64,000 nt of DNA, from IMG/VR virus record IMGVR_UViG_3300023181_000005, positions 5,427-69,426 of that record; one strand, written 5' to 3'. The translations under genes and the position numbers were made by a program. The notes under the pieces were generated by a model. The model ran no database searches. It was given only the letters and a program-made list of their open reading frames with translations, and was not told where the DNA came from. This document shows positions 19,576-29,378 of this stretch, piece after piece. This DNA is from a virus. How positions within the stretch are numbered: position 1 is the first letter of the stretch; every line of letters starts with the position of its first letter.

Positions 19576-21830
19576 GCTGATTTTCTGTTCTTGAGTTTCT
19601 GATTACGGAGATCCGCTGCGGTGCGAGCATCGTTAAAAGCAAGCTCTTGGGCGTTCTTCTGGCGCATATGGTTAAGCTCCATCTTCTTCTTGGCGAGGTC
19701 GAGCCCAACAGACTCAAGTTTAGCTTGAGACTCCACAGCCTGAACAAGCATCCCTGGAGATATTGCATCCCCTCCACTCTGTTGCGCTCCTTCTTCCTGG
19801 CCACGTTGCGCCTCGGCGTCGATATGCTTCTTGCCGTTGATGATGACTTCACCCAACTGCTCCAACGCTTCCTTGTACTCGCGTACACTTGGGTTCTCGG
19901 GGTCGAGATAAGGCATGTGTTGATTCGCGTGATCCCAGATTGGGAACATCTGATTAATGGCAGGCTCCATCTCAATCTGCATTTCAGTGAGTTTACCGTT
20001 GATTTCGGTCAACCGCTGCAAATGTGTCTGCACATGAACCATGTGATCCTGATTCGGAATCACGTTGGCAGGTTGTCCGAGTGCCATCAGATCATTCTCC
20101 AGACCAGCAATCTGTAGGTCAACAGGCGGACGCAAGCCAGCCACAGGAGGAACGAGACGAGACGCATACCGAGTGCCTGCATAGGCGGCGGCTGTATCAC
20201 GGGTGAGCATTTGCTGGCCTTCTTGGTCCAGGCGGTAGTAAAGCTGTTCATTGAGGACTCCTAAAACAGATTTGCGCTCGGAGGCGGAACCTTTACCGAT
20301 GCCAGTATTGATTTCGATCCGGTCAATATCTACCGCATCAATCGCTTCACCAGGAACGCCACGCTCAAGACAGCGGCGACGAAACTCCCACACTTCAGCA
20401 CCCCCAGGCTCGGCGGCAGAGTAATCCTTGCGGCAAATGCGGCGAACGATTTCCTTGAAGTGACGCCTCCACGCAGCAAAGAACAAGTTCATACCAGCCG
20501 AGGAGAGTTTGCCCTGTTGCTCGGTCTTCATCTGCCACTCGTACTTGGTGCGCTGAGTGTTGTCCGTGCCATTGGCAGATACCGGAGAGTATGGCATGGC
20601 CCGTGCCCGGTAGATTTCCTTGATCTGCTCAATGGCGGGAACAAGATTCTGCGCAAATGGCGGCATCATCTTCTCCACGAACTGAAAGCCTGACTGGACT
20701 ACCATGTAAGGCCCCATTGGGCGCACGGCATTTTCTTGGCCCGCGTCTTCGTTGTCACACTGAAGGTAAGGAGTAGCGGCATGAATTGCCATATCCAACT
20801 CCTTGCAGATCAATCGGTTAAGCCCCGTTGAGGACGAGAATAGTTTTTGCCCAAGGCCGCGAATAGATTGGAAGTCCCCATTCGACCCAACGCCATAGAG
20901 GTAGGCGAACATGACGCTCGACATGGCGCGATGCTTGCCTTCGCATTTGTAGAGAAACTCGCCATTACCATCCATGCGGGAGATGTACTGCGAAACCGTT
21001 CCATCCACTTCACGTACCCAACCGTGAACCGTCTCAACACAGGAGACCGTAGTTCCGAGATTGATGTCGTTGTCCTTCCATGCCTTCTCCCACTCTTGCG
21101 GATCATTAGTGGGAAGCGTGTGCTGGGCGCAAGTATCCTTGATGGCCTCAATGACTGCATTGCGATTCCAGTAAGAATCCTCTGCAACTTTGGCATTCTC
21201 CACTTTTCGGTAGAGTTCATGCGGCAGCATGTCCACTTTACAGGTCACAATGTCGATCTTGTTGACGTTGGCCGGAATGCGCCGTGGAAACTTGAGAAAC
21301 TGCTGGCCGTAGATGCGGTAGCGCCAATCCTGTTCATCCTCATGGAAAGCGAAGCTAACGCCTTCAGCCACAAACAAGTGCGCGTTCTGCTGCCAGAGCG
21401 GGTGAAAGTCATCCCAGTTCTTGAGCATGCGAGTGATCTCCTCAGAAATCACCGTGCCCCAAGTGTCCTGACTCTTCTCGTCACCAAAGGAAGTTGGGAT
21501 GTCGCCAAACACATCCAACGCATCCAAGATGTCGTTGTAAGGCATCTCAGCCTCCTCTTGTGCTTGAGCCGCCAAGCCCCAGTTGACGTTGACTCGACCC
21601 GAAATCCCCTCAGACCGATCTTTCCCAGGCGCATAAGGTGGAGCGCCGTCGATCATGGACTGATACAAAGCTCGCTGGCGGGAAGCCTGCCAATCCGCTG
21701 TGTGCAAAGTCCAGTAGGTGCTGATGAGTGCCTGCGGATCTTTAATGCGGCCTCTCTTGATGAGTTCGCCATCCTCGCCGGTGATGGTCGGGATATTATT
21801 GTACTGCGGAGGCGTGGGGGATGCGCTCAT
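19572..21830 (-). CDS. Portal protein
   Basis: 752 aa, first large gene of the head module, with a Gln-rich coiled C-terminal barrel as in P22/T7-like portals. Confidence 0.75.
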   Translation of the reverse strand: MSASPTPPQYNNIPTITGEDGELIKRGRIKDPQALISTYWTLHTADWQASRQRALYQSMIDGAPPYAPGKDRSEGISGRVNVNWGLAAQAQEEAEMPYNDILDALDVFGDIPTSFGDEKSQDTWGTVISEEITRMLKNWDDFHPLWQQNAHLFVAEGVSFAFHEDEQDWRYRIYGQQFLKFPRRIPANVNKIDIVTCKVDMLPHELYRKVENAKVAEDSYWNRNAVIEAIKDTCAQHTLPTNDPQEWEKAWKDNDINLGTTVSCVETVHGWVREVDGTVSQYISRMDGNGEFLYKCEGKHRAMSSVMFAYLYGVGSNGDFQSIRGLGQKLFSSSTGLNRLICKELDMAIHAATPYLQCDNEDAGQENAVRPMGPYMVVQSGFQFVEKMMPPFAQNLVPAIEQIKEIYRARAMPYSPVSANGTDNTQRTKYEWQMKTEQQGKLSSAGMNLFFAAWRRHFKEIVRRICRKDYSAAEPGGAEVWEFRRRCLERGVPGEAIDAVDIDRIEINTGIGKGSASERKSVLGVLNEQLYYRLDQEGQQMLTRDTAAAYAGTRYASRLVPPVAGLRPPVDLQIAGLENDLMALGQPANVIPNQDHMVHVQTHLQRLTEINGKLTEMQIEMEPAINQMFPIWDHANQHMPYLDPENPSVREYKEALEQLGEVIINGKKHIDAEAQRGQEEGAQQSGGDAISPGMLVQAVESQAKLESVGLDLAKKKMELNHMRQKNAQELAFNDARTAADLRNQKLKNRKSA

Positions 21831-22036
21831 GGTTTCTTAATTTCCCCATTCTCTACCGGATTACAAGACTTTTCCATTTCAGCGGCGTTGCAGTAGTTCA
21901 ACCACAGCGCCTCAGTCAGATAGGATAAGCCGCGAGCACCCGCATGAGTCCGAATCCGACGCACTATATCCGCCGAAGCGGTCAAGTTTACTTTGCGTCT
22001 GGTGCGTTTTTCGGGTGGCATTTCGTATGCGCCCAT
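21827..22036 (-). CDS. Ribbon-helix-helix-like DNA-binding protein
   Basis: RRKVNLTASADIVRRIR...LSYLTEAL; ATGA overlap with the portal gene. True start may be MPPEK at 22021. Confidence 0.55.
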   Translation of the reverse strand: MGAYEMPPEKRTRRKVNLTASADIVRRIRTHAGARGLSYLTEALWLNYCNAAEMEKSCNPVENGEIKKP

Positions 22037-22079
22037 TGTCTATGCGGACAGTAGGCAATGCAACCACAAAGATGCGAGG

Positions 22080-22108
22080 TTGCACATATGGGCATGTTTT
22101 GGTAGGTT
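22080..22108 (+). promoter_or_regulatory. sigma70-type promoter of the lysis genes (leaderless); a divergent promoter lies at about 22034-22062
   Basis: TTGCAC-N17-TAGGTT-N7-ATG; minus strand TTGCAT-N17-GACAAT. Confidence 0.55.
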
Positions 22109-22115
22109 TCAGCAC

Positions 22116-22313
22116 ATGAGAAACATCGCCACCTACATCGCCCATCGTTTAGCTGAACCGTCAACCTACAGAGGTCTGATTGGCCTTCTCACTGCCGCTG
22201 GAGTCGCCATCTCCCCTGACATGGCCGAGAAAATCATCGCCGTTGGCATGTTCCTCATTGGCCTTATCAACATCGGTAAGAAGGACGCAAACTCACCTGA
22301 CGCCACGAAGTAA
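22116..22313 (+). CDS. Putative holin
   Basis: 65 aa with two hydrophobic helices (EPSTYRGLIGLLTAAGVAISP), upstream of the amidase. Confidence 0.7.
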   Translation: MRNIATYIAHRLAEPSTYRGLIGLLTAAGVAISPDMAEKIIAVGMFLIGLINIGKKDANSPDATK

Positions 22314-22317
22314 GAGT

Positions 22318-22446
22318 ATGACTCTTATCCTACTCGCCTTCGCTATCGTTTGTGCCCTCCTAGCCTCAGTCGGCGTCGGCGCTCCTCGCTTCCACCTCGG
22401 CTGGATGGCGCTCGCCCTTTACCTCATCACTCTGATTCTGCGATAA
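22318..22446 (+). CDS. Small membrane protein in the lysis cassette
   Basis: 42 aa with two hydrophobic segments. Confidence 0.5.
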   Translation: MTLILLAFAIVCALLASVGVGAPRFHLGWMALALYLITLILR

Positions 22447-23034
22447 ATGAAAATCACCCCCGATCATTGGCTGGAAGGCGTTAAGCGTGAACTGCTCCCT
22501 GGTGGATCGCCAATGCCAGTGAGGCGCTTCTTGGTAATTCACCATACGGCGGGAGCATCTGCCATGTCCTCTATCAACTTCTGGCGAGAACCAGAAGCGC
22601 GAGGCGCTTGTGCTCACATCGTCATTGATCGTGACGGCACCATTTACCAGTGCCGCCCATTCAACATCACCTGCGGGCATGCAGGCGTTTCTAAGTGGAA
22701 AGATCCCAAGACGGGAAAGGAGTACTCGGGCTTGAACTCCTGCTCCATTGGTATTGAACTAGCGAATGCTGGCGATGATGAGGCCCTGGCGAAACGGTGG
22801 ACCAAACTGCCACTTATCACTGCTCGCCACAAGAACGGCGGCCCCATCAAGAAATGGGAGGATTACCCACCCGCCCAAATGAAATCCTGCGAGGAAGTTT
22901 CGAAAGCGTTGGTGAAGAGGTATAATTTGGATGACCTAGTTGGGCATGACGACATCGCTCCAACTAGAAAAATTGATCCTGGTCCCGCCTTCGATATGAA
23001 GGCGCTTAGGGCTGCCTGTGGGTTTAGCGACTAG
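22447..23034 (+). CDS. Endolysin, N-acetylmuramoyl-L-alanine amidase (Amidase_2)
   Basis: LVIHHTAG, AHIVIDRDG, HAG, NSCSIGIE, VGHDDIAPTRKIDPG. Confidence 0.92.
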   Translation: MKITPDHWLEGVKRELLPGGSPMPVRRFLVIHHTAGASAMSSINFWREPEARGACAHIVIDRDGTIYQCRPFNITCGHAGVSKWKDPKTGKEYSGLNSCSIGIELANAGDDEALAKRWTKLPLITARHKNGGPIKKWEDYPPAQMKSCEEVSKALVKRYNLDDLVGHDDIAPTRKIDPGPAFDMKALRAACGFSD

Positions 23035-23046
23035 CCTCCTGCTAAG

Positions 23047-23289
23047 CTAGTCTCCCTTTTCAAACGGGTGCTCAAGCTCGTGCTGAAACTGAGTCACATA
23101 GGTCTCGTTGAATTTCAGCACCATCTCAGCGCGCACAACCTCTTGCTCAAGCTTGTCGAGAGCAGCGTTGTATTCCGCTAGCAGCTTCATCTTTCCCTCA
23201 CGCAAGGACTTCTTAGCTTCCTCTACGCGAGTACGCTGAATATCACAGTCGATCTGTGCACGCTTAACTTTGGCTTCAGCTTCATTCAT
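23047..23289 (-). CDS. Coiled-coil hypothetical protein
   Basis: 80 aa, coupled to the upstream gene. Confidence 0.55.
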   Translation of the reverse strand: MNEAEAKVKRAQIDCDIQRTRVEEAKKSLREGKMKLLAEYNAALDKLEQEVVRAEMVLKFNETYVTQFQHELEHPFEKGD

Positions 23290-23483
23290 ACCTCAAACTC
23301 CTCCCGCGCTCCGCTCTTGTGCTCGATGGTGACTTTGCCGCCGAGTGGAATGACTGATGCTAGAGCCCGCTTCAATTTCTCTTGGCGTTTCCTCGCTTCT
23401 TCCTGTTGCGTGAATCTGGCGAAATCCTGAGAGGTTCCTTGATGGGGAATATTGAAGTATGGTATGTAGAGTGGCGGTTTCAT
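23286..23483 (-). CDS. Hypothetical protein
   Basis: 65 aa, ATGA overlap. Confidence 0.5.
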   Translation of the reverse strand: MKPPLYIPYFNIPHQGTSQDFARFTQQEEARKRQEKLKRALASVIPLGGKVTIEHKSGAREEFEV

Positions 23484-23493
23484 ACTGGTAAAA

Positions 23494-23946
23494 TTAAGCT
23501 GGCACCCACCATTTCCACCAAGGCATAGGAGGGTCTGGCAGCTTCCTTTGCTCGGGCTCTTTGAATTTCCGTTCAGGCTCAGGTATTATTTCGACCTCAC
23601 CGCCAAATTGCTCCCACGATTGAGATGACCATTCATTTGCATAGAACTGTCTCAGTTTACTTGGCCTTGGAAGGCTCATGTGCCGACATGCCTTAGCATA
23701 ATCATCAAACTTCGTTAAGTTAAAAGTTCCTTTTGAGGTAACGACTGTGGGCAATATAAAGCCCAAGTGACAAGAATGATACCACCCCGACACCGCTTTA
23801 ATATCAGAGAGCATAACTTTCCCACGCAAGTCAGCAAGTGACCGAAACTCTCCGTCTCGATGATGCGTTTGCAGAACGCCGTGAATAAACTCAGGGCTGC
23901 GCTTGGGTTTGTGAGTGAGGCGGAGTGGTGATAGTGAGTGCTTCAT
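23494..23946 (-). CDS. Hypothetical protein
   Basis: 150 aa, ATGA overlap. Confidence 0.55.
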   Translation of the reverse strand: MKHSLSPLRLTHKPKRSPEFIHGVLQTHHRDGEFRSLADLRGKVMLSDIKAVSGWYHSCHLGFILPTVVTSKGTFNLTKFDDYAKACRHMSLPRPSKLRQFYANEWSSQSWEQFGGEVEIIPEPERKFKEPEQRKLPDPPMPWWKWWVPA

Positions 23947-24200
23947 GCGAGTAGGCGGTTGATTTCTTGGAGTAGGAAGCGACAGGAATCCTTTTGAGTA
24001 GTCGGACGGCCTTTTAGGTTTTGAATAGCGATGCCACAGAGATGAACTCCAGAATCGCCAAAAATCATTTGCTGCACCTTACTTAGCCTTTGGATATAAA
24101 CTATCTCAAGATCAGCCCAAAATACGTACCAATGGTGGTTGGTTTCTTGCCAAGCTTGCTCATACATATCCTCGGCTATTGCGGCTTCGTGGTAGTTCAT
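23943..24200 (-). CDS. Hypothetical protein
   Basis: 85 aa, ATGA overlap. Confidence 0.5.
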   Translation of the reverse strand: MNYHEAAIAEDMYEQAWQETNHHWYVFWADLEIVYIQRLSKVQQMIFGDSGVHLCGIAIQNLKGRPTTQKDSCRFLLQEINRLLA

Positions 24201-24390
24201 ACATATCTTTCTAGTGCAATAGCATCCTCAATTGCGCGTATGCACCGGAGTTGCTTTAACATGCTTGGAGAGGGCATAAGAATCCATTCAGGTGCATCTA
24301 ATTCCGCAACCCTAGGCACAACCCCGTTATCTCGATGGCGGCAGCACAGGCTACGCCCGCTAGGAGTTTGAAGATGTTTCTTTTTGTCAT
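24197..24390 (-). pseudogene. Small gene frameshifted at a G4 run
   Basis: MTKRNIFKLLAGVACAAAIEITG continues in the -1 frame as VVPRVAELDAPEW...LERYV*, ending in an ATGA overlap with the next gene. Confidence 0.45.
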
Positions 24391-24517
24391 GGTCGTTTCT
24401 CTAGCGCTTCTACCCGCTGTTGTAGATCCTTGATAATATCTCGGAACTTGATTAAGCTTCCAGCCATCCCATACAGTAGCCCGCAAAGCATTCCGCACGG
24501 AATTACAATTCTTAGCT

Positions 24518-24829
24518 TCATCCTCGATCCTCCTTCGTTAGTGGTTTGCCGCAGAGTGAGCAGAAGTTGAATATGGTATTGTTTGGGCCAGCGATCATGC
24601 GGCCATTACTACGGCTCCACAGTCTTGTGTAATCCCAATCAAGCTCAAATCCAACGATATGATCGCAGGTGTCGCTTCCGAGTGGGCGGCGGATTGGTAT
24701 CAGCCAGTCATTTTTACGGCCCACATCATTACTTTCAATTGCCATCCAATCGCAGCCCTCGCCATCCCAGTATTCATCGCCCTCTTGAATCGTGTCGCCT
24801 TCGGAAAGGAGTTGGTAGTGTGTGCTCAT
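24518..24829 (-). CDS. Hypothetical protein with C-terminal Zn-ribbon
   Basis: EGDTIQEGDEYW module, then CDH...FNFCSLCGKPL. Confidence 0.6.
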   Translation of the reverse strand: MSTHYQLLSEGDTIQEGDEYWDGEGCDWMAIESNDVGRKNDWLIPIRRPLGSDTCDHIVGFELDWDYTRLWSRSNGRMIAGPNNTIFNFCSLCGKPLTKEDRG

Positions 24830-25209
24830 GGCGCAATTGTATCCCATCCGTCTTTAGGTTCGCAAGGCACGCCGAAGTTTGAGAGGTTGGCGTTGTGATC
24901 GGCTAACATCTTTTCAGCTTTAGTTATGCAGGATGTACATAGTTTGCCAACTTTGAGTAAGAGAAGAAGTTCAACCACCTGCTTACACTCCTCGCACTGC
25001 ATGCGTAGCCAGCTATCATTATTAGTGACAGCGAGAACCTCTTCGCGTGAGCATGTATCTTTGTCTAAAGCTTCAAGCTCATTGCCGACATCCGCCATCG
25101 TTAGCCCAGGTCTAGTAAATACGGGCCAATTAGCTTTGTATCCCGAGTACTGATCGCGCCATCTCTGCGCGACACTTTGGATCATCATGCGCTCAGTTAG
25201 GATGTTCAT
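24826..25209 (-). CDS. Hypothetical Zn-finger protein
   Basis: CEEC...CTSC. Confidence 0.55.
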   Translation of the reverse strand: MNILTERMMIQSVAQRWRDQYSGYKANWPVFTRPGLTMADVGNELEALDKDTCSREEVLAVTNNDSWLRMQCEECKQVVELLLLLKVGKLCTSCITKAEKMLADHNANLSNFGVPCEPKDGWDTIAP

Positions 25210-25223
25210 AGGATTCTCAGCAT

Positions 25224-25496
25224 TCAATCGTTCGTCTGCCAGAAGTCGCCTTCTGAGTTGTAGGTCATCATCTCCTCAGTGAAGCCAAGGGACTTAAGGC
25301 CGTCGAAGGTGCCGATGAGTGGTTGTGTGCGGCATCCTCCTTTATCTGGATCGACCATCTTTTTGTAGAGTGCGTCGAGGTGGGCTTGATCTAGCGAAAA
25401 AGGATCTTTGATTGGAGTGAACGCAGCTTTTGGAATGGACTTAGCGCCCAAGCGTAGGGGCTTGCGTTGGAGTGGCGGGTGGTGGCGGGGTTTCAT
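25224..25496 (-). CDS. Hypothetical protein
   Basis: 90 aa, coupled. Confidence 0.5.
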   Translation of the reverse strand: MKPRHHPPLQRKPLRLGAKSIPKAAFTPIKDPFSLDQAHLDALYKKMVDPDKGGCRTQPLIGTFDGLKSLGFTEEMMTYNSEGDFWQTND

Positions 25497-25696
25497 GATC
25501 CAGAAAAAGAGAAGCCAATTTGAACTCCTGTTTGATCAAGAATGATCTGACAAGCTTGGGCTAAAACTTCATGCGACTTTGGAGTTTTTGACAATTCCTT
25601 CCAATAGGACGCGGCTTGATCTTGAAAATCCTTTGTGTGGATTTGTTCCACTGTAGTTGATGATGCCCACTCAATGCAGGGGTGTCTTGTGCTCAT
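25493..25696 (-). CDS. Hypothetical protein
   Basis: Start moved to MSTRHPC. Confidence 0.5.
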   Translation of the reverse strand: MSTRHPCIEWASSTTVEQIHTKDFQDQAASYWKELSKTPKSHEVLAQACQIILDQTGVQIGFSFSGS

Positions 25697-25703
25697 AGGA
25701 TTC

Positions 25704-25886
25704 TCAGGGTTTCGGGGGTGTTGGTTCGTCAGATGCCCAATCTTCCATTCTTGGCGGCTCTGGATTTGCTGCAATAAACTCTTTGTGAAGTGCCGCTATC
25801 TGTGCATTTAGCTCATTCCTCTGAGTAGTCAGATTTTGAATTTTTCGGTAGATGATTAGATTCTCTTTAGCTTTGTCGGGGTTCAT
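25704..25886 (-). CDS. Hypothetical protein
   Basis: 60 aa, ATGA overlap. Confidence 0.5.
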   Translation of the reverse strand: MNPDKAKENLIIYRKIQNLTTQRNELNAQIAALHKEFIAANPEPPRMEDWASDEPTPPKP

Positions 25887-26089
25887 AAAATTCTCAGCAC
25901 CTCCGTCTTCCCGCCCTTTCTCAGAAGTATCTCGCCACCAGATGCCTGCTGATCCAACACAAGCTCGTAAAGGGCGATTGCGGAAACGATGGTCTCGCGC
26001 ATGGACGCTTTCTTGGCTTTGGTTTGCAGGATGAGGAGGGCGGTTTTGGCGGCATCCGTTAGGTCGATCTGGACTCGGTTCTTTGGCAT
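25883..26089 (-). CDS. Ribbon-helix-helix-like protein
   Basis: NRVQIDLTDAAKTALLILQ...SMRETIVSAIALY. Confidence 0.6.
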   Translation of the reverse strand: MPKNRVQIDLTDAAKTALLILQTKAKKASMRETIVSAIALYELVLDQQASGGEILLRKGGKTEVLRIL

Positions 26090-26148
26090 GAGGGGATTAT
26101 GAGGAGGATTTGAGTGGTGTCGAGGGGTATTATTTCCCATGTTCCTTT

Positions 26149-26427
26149 TCATGGCATCCTTAGCCGCCTGCGTTTATCCGCTGCCTCAACCTCGCTTGTC
26201 AAAAGTCGTTCAGCCAACTCATCCACGCTGATTCCAGATAGTAAGTAGGTTCGCAACTTCATCTCTGCTTGTTGGGCTCGTTTTTCATCGAAGTAGCCTT
26301 GACCGTACTCCTCATTTGCAATGATCTTGGTCACAAGCACGCGCATCTGGTCAATCTCCGTGAGGGCATATCGACGGGGCATGGATTGGAATTGTTGGGA
26401 TTCAATGGAGGGGTTCATGGTTGGCAA
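26149..26427 (-). CDS. Hypothetical protein
   Basis: About 90 aa ORF in the operon. Confidence 0.5.
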   Translation of the reverse strand: MPTMNPSIESQQFQSMPRRYALTEIDQMRVLVTKIIANEEYGQGYFDEKRAQQAEMKLRTYLLSGISVDELAERLLTSEVEAADKRRRLRMP

Positions 26428-26477
26428 TTGGGGTGATCTGGGGTTGTTTTCATAGCGGTGTGTATCTGCCTTTGGGT

Positions 26478-26996
26478 TTATCTACGCTTCTTGTTCGCGT
26501 TCAATTCTTGGTAGGCTAGGTATACGGGTGACGGTGGCCTTGGACCTTGTTTATCATTCAGCCACTTCCAATCCACATCCTTGTGACTGAGCTTTTTATG
26601 GCATCGGAAACAAAGGAGCTTTAAGCATTCCGGATGAAGGTGCTCATTACCACGGAACTCGTATGTTTTGTGGTGAACGTGCATAAACTTGCCGACACCA
26701 TCGCATGACTGGCACAAAACCTCTTTAGCTAGGATGTGATTTCGCATCGCTTTCCAGTAGGTTGTGGTGAGGAATTTCGGATAAGGCATTGTCGCCAACT
26801 CCGGCTTCCACTTCTCATAAGCCTTTTGAAGCCATGCCTCGGGATGGAAGGCTATCGCAAAACATGGCTTCCCGGTATCTGGATCATACATGTTTGCAGG
26901 ATCTCTGGAGATACATTCTCGAAAACGAGCAAGAGCGTTCTGTCTGCGTCCATCTTTAGATTCTGGGGTAAAAATATATGAGGTGTCAGTATTCAT
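26478..26996 (-). CDS. HNH endonuclease
   Basis: CQSC...HVHHKTY...GNE...LLCFRCH. Confidence 0.8.
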   Translation of the reverse strand: MNTDTSYIFTPESKDGRRQNALARFRECISRDPANMYDPDTGKPCFAIAFHPEAWLQKAYEKWKPELATMPYPKFLTTTYWKAMRNHILAKEVLCQSCDGVGKFMHVHHKTYEFRGNEHLHPECLKLLCFRCHKKLSHKDVDWKWLNDKQGPRPPSPVYLAYQELNANKKRR

Positions 26997-27286
26997 GGGC
27001 GTTTAGGTAGATCGAGAAACTCTCGGGCATGCGATGGCGCTGGCCTGTGTTTGGTGAGAAAGTTCTTCCATTCGGCTCGCTTCTTGGACCACTCGCGCAT
27101 CAAGGGAGTCGCCTCGTATTTATTGATGACTTCGAAGGCCGTTGTGAAGTTGAGGTTGTCGGCACGTTTAAGCTGCCGCCACTGGGCTCGGACAAGCGCC
27201 TCCGTCTTTGGGTCCATTCCTGTGAGGTCGATGCGCTCAGCCTCACGCGCACGGTCCTCTGCGGAGTATTGGGATTGAAATCTCAT
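26993..27286 (-). CDS. Hypothetical protein
   Basis: 97 aa, ATGA overlaps on both sides. Confidence 0.55.
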   Translation of the reverse strand: MRFQSQYSAEDRAREAERIDLTGMDPKTEALVRAQWRQLKRADNLNFTTAFEVINKYEATPLMREWSKKRAEWKNFLTKHRPAPSHAREFLDLPKRP

Positions 27287-28011
27287 GAGAAGAAATTGGT
27301 AAAGCGGACGGACCTATAACCGGATGTTGCAGCCTCAAGAATCCGGCCTGCAATTTTTTCTGCGGGGTGCTCTCCAATCTCATTGCGAGTCTGCTCATGA
27401 AGGGCCTTTGCCATTTGCTGACTCCAAGGAGTGCATTCACGCTTAGTTCTGCCAGCCGTTGCCATCTCCTCTCGGTAAGCTGCAAACGTCATGAGTGCGC
27501 TTCGGACCACTTCCGGGAAGTCTGCGGGTGGCAATGTGGCGCAAGCAACCTCTGCCTGGAGCCGGTAAGAATCCCTCCACTCCTCCTCTCCCGCTTTTTC
27601 TGTTAGCTTTTCTCTTCTTGTCTTACTGTTAGCTTTACACGATTTTGTACCGTTTTTCTCACGATACCTCTGCATGTATTCCCTCATGTAAGCAGCTTTA
27701 GACTCTGGTGTACGCACCTCCCGATACTTGAAATAATTTAGGACTCGAAAGCCTCCATCGCACCGCTCAATCCTTCGTCCATCGAACTCAGGTGAGCGTG
27801 AGTCAGGATCAGGCGATTCCAGGCACGCCACAGCCTCACGCGCTTGCTCAGGCGTTACGTTAGCTGTCCTTGGTATAGAACCAGGAGAAACCCGCGCTAC
27901 GCCGTCTCCATCGCAAATGGCGAGTAACGTAATCCAGACCGCCCGTATATGAAGCGGCTCTTGCCAAATTGAAGAGGATGGCAACTCCTTGAATAATTTT
28001 GTAAAGCCCAT
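27283..28011 (-). CDS. Replication initiator-like (replisome organiser) protein, paralogue 2
   Basis: FTKLF...SSIW...LLAICDGDG...SPDPDSRS...GRRIE...VLNYFKYR aligns by eye with the product of 40518-41273. Confidence 0.75.
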   Translation of the reverse strand: MGFTKLFKELPSSSIWQEPLHIRAVWITLLAICDGDGVARVSPGSIPRTANVTPEQAREAVACLESPDPDSRSPEFDGRRIERCDGGFRVLNYFKYREVRTPESKAAYMREYMQRYREKNGTKSCKANSKTRREKLTEKAGEEEWRDSYRLQAEVACATLPPADFPEVVRSALMTFAAYREEMATAGRTKRECTPWSQQMAKALHEQTRNEIGEHPAEKIAGRILEAATSGYRSVRFTNFFS

Positions 28012-28408
28012 TGAGCCATAAATATACCAAGAGGAATGTCTTTGTAAAGTTTTACTGAAGTTTACAGACTTGATTTTGAGAGATTATTTTTTTGGAAGGT
28101 GCGCCTATAATTATTAGAATTTGAGTTTTTGGGAATTAATTGTTTCAGAGAGTGATACGTCTAGCAATGGTGGCGAGCCCATGGTGCCCCACCGCCGGGC
28201 GTGGTGTCTGCCTCAAACGAAAGCTTCCTCTCTCTACACGTACACAGGTAGCTCGACCTTCACCACCATGCACACTAGCCTCTATTGCGTCTCAACATGC
28301 CCCGAAACGTGGGCTAGTAGGGGCAATTACAGGCACCACTAATGCGACACATTGATACTCAACGAACTACACACGGTCTGTACTTTACATTCCGGTAGTT
28401 GTACGTAG

Positions 28409-28882
28409 TTATGACGATGTATTTACAGCCTCCTCGCTCTCCAGGTCGATGACTCGGGGGGATTCACCAGTTGTCACACCACCACCCCAGACGTTCACTT
28501 GAACAGCTGTTTGGGGGGCTGACCAGTTGCCAATCTTGCCCGCAATGTCGATTGCCAGCTTGGCTTCCTGCCAGTTTTCGGGTGTCGGCGCTTGCTCGTA
28601 GAAGCGTTCCAGCCCCTGTTTTGCAAGCTTCATGCCCGTAAACTTCACACTTTCGCCAAGTTCAGCCAGTGACTCGGTAAGCTTTGCGACACTTTGCGAC
28701 GCAATTTCAGCCCTTTTCTTGTCGTATGCGCGGAATTGCGACATCCATTGACCACGCTCAGATCTCTTGCGTAGAGTCTTCTCTTTGATGTCAAACGCCT
28801 GGGCAGTCGCAGTAAAGTCGCCTCCAGTCGCAATAAGGTGGGTTTGAACGACTGACCAATCAATAGGTAATGCGACAGACAT
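28409..28882 (-). CDS. Putative terminase small subunit
   Basis: N-terminal HTH (IDWSVV...TLRKRSERGQW), helical middle and C-terminal beta strand AVQVNV, the usual TerS architecture. Confidence 0.6.
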   Translation of the reverse strand: MSVALPIDWSVVQTHLIATGGDFTATAQAFDIKEKTLRKRSERGQWMSQFRAYDKKRAEIASQSVAKLTESLAELGESVKFTGMKLAKQGLERFYEQAPTPENWQEAKLAIDIAGKIGNWSAPQTAVQVNVWGGGVTTGESPRVIDLESEEAVNTSS

Positions 28883-28957
28883 ACGACAAGGATGCGACAG
28901 AGGCTCTTATTCTGTGCGGACACTACCACAACCCCACGGCTCAAGTCAATAGCGGCA

Positions 28958-29215
28958 TCATGGGCCACAACGTCCATCATCTGTAGCCCCTTTACGCTCC
29001 ACCCTAAACACCGTCAAACCATCCCAGTGTCCGACCTCCTTCACGCTCGCATCCAGCTCCTTTGCCAGCATCCGCGCAATCTTCCGTTGAGCTGCAAACC
29101 TTCGCGCCATCACTACGGGAAGCTTAAACTCGACTCTGCCCGCTTGCTCTAGCTGCTCGGTGACTTGTGCAATCAATGTTCCAACCGCGTCGAATCCCTG
29201 GTCTTGTGTTTCCAT
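28958..29215 (-). CDS. Hypothetical protein
   Basis: 85 aa ORF upstream of the TerS candidate. Confidence 0.5.
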   Translation of the reverse strand: METQDQGFDAVGTLIAQVTEQLEQAGRVEFKLPVVMARRFAAQRKIARMLAKELDASVKEVGHWDGLTVFRVERKGATDDGRCGP

Positions 29216-29350
29216 ATGCGCACAATCCCACCACTCCCCATCCTTGCCAAGCTAAAAACCGTACAGCTCCCTCTCACCGCCTTCCGTTATGTCATATCCT
29301 GCTATCTGAATTAATAATCCTGCTATATCACTCAACATACAATAAAGGTG

Positions 29351-29378
29351 TTTACTTTTATTTGAGGTGTGGTAGATT
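29351..29378 (+). promoter_or_regulatory. Early promoter
   Basis: TTTACT-N16-TAGATT with a TG extension and AT-rich upstream region, at the strand switch. Confidence 0.5.
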
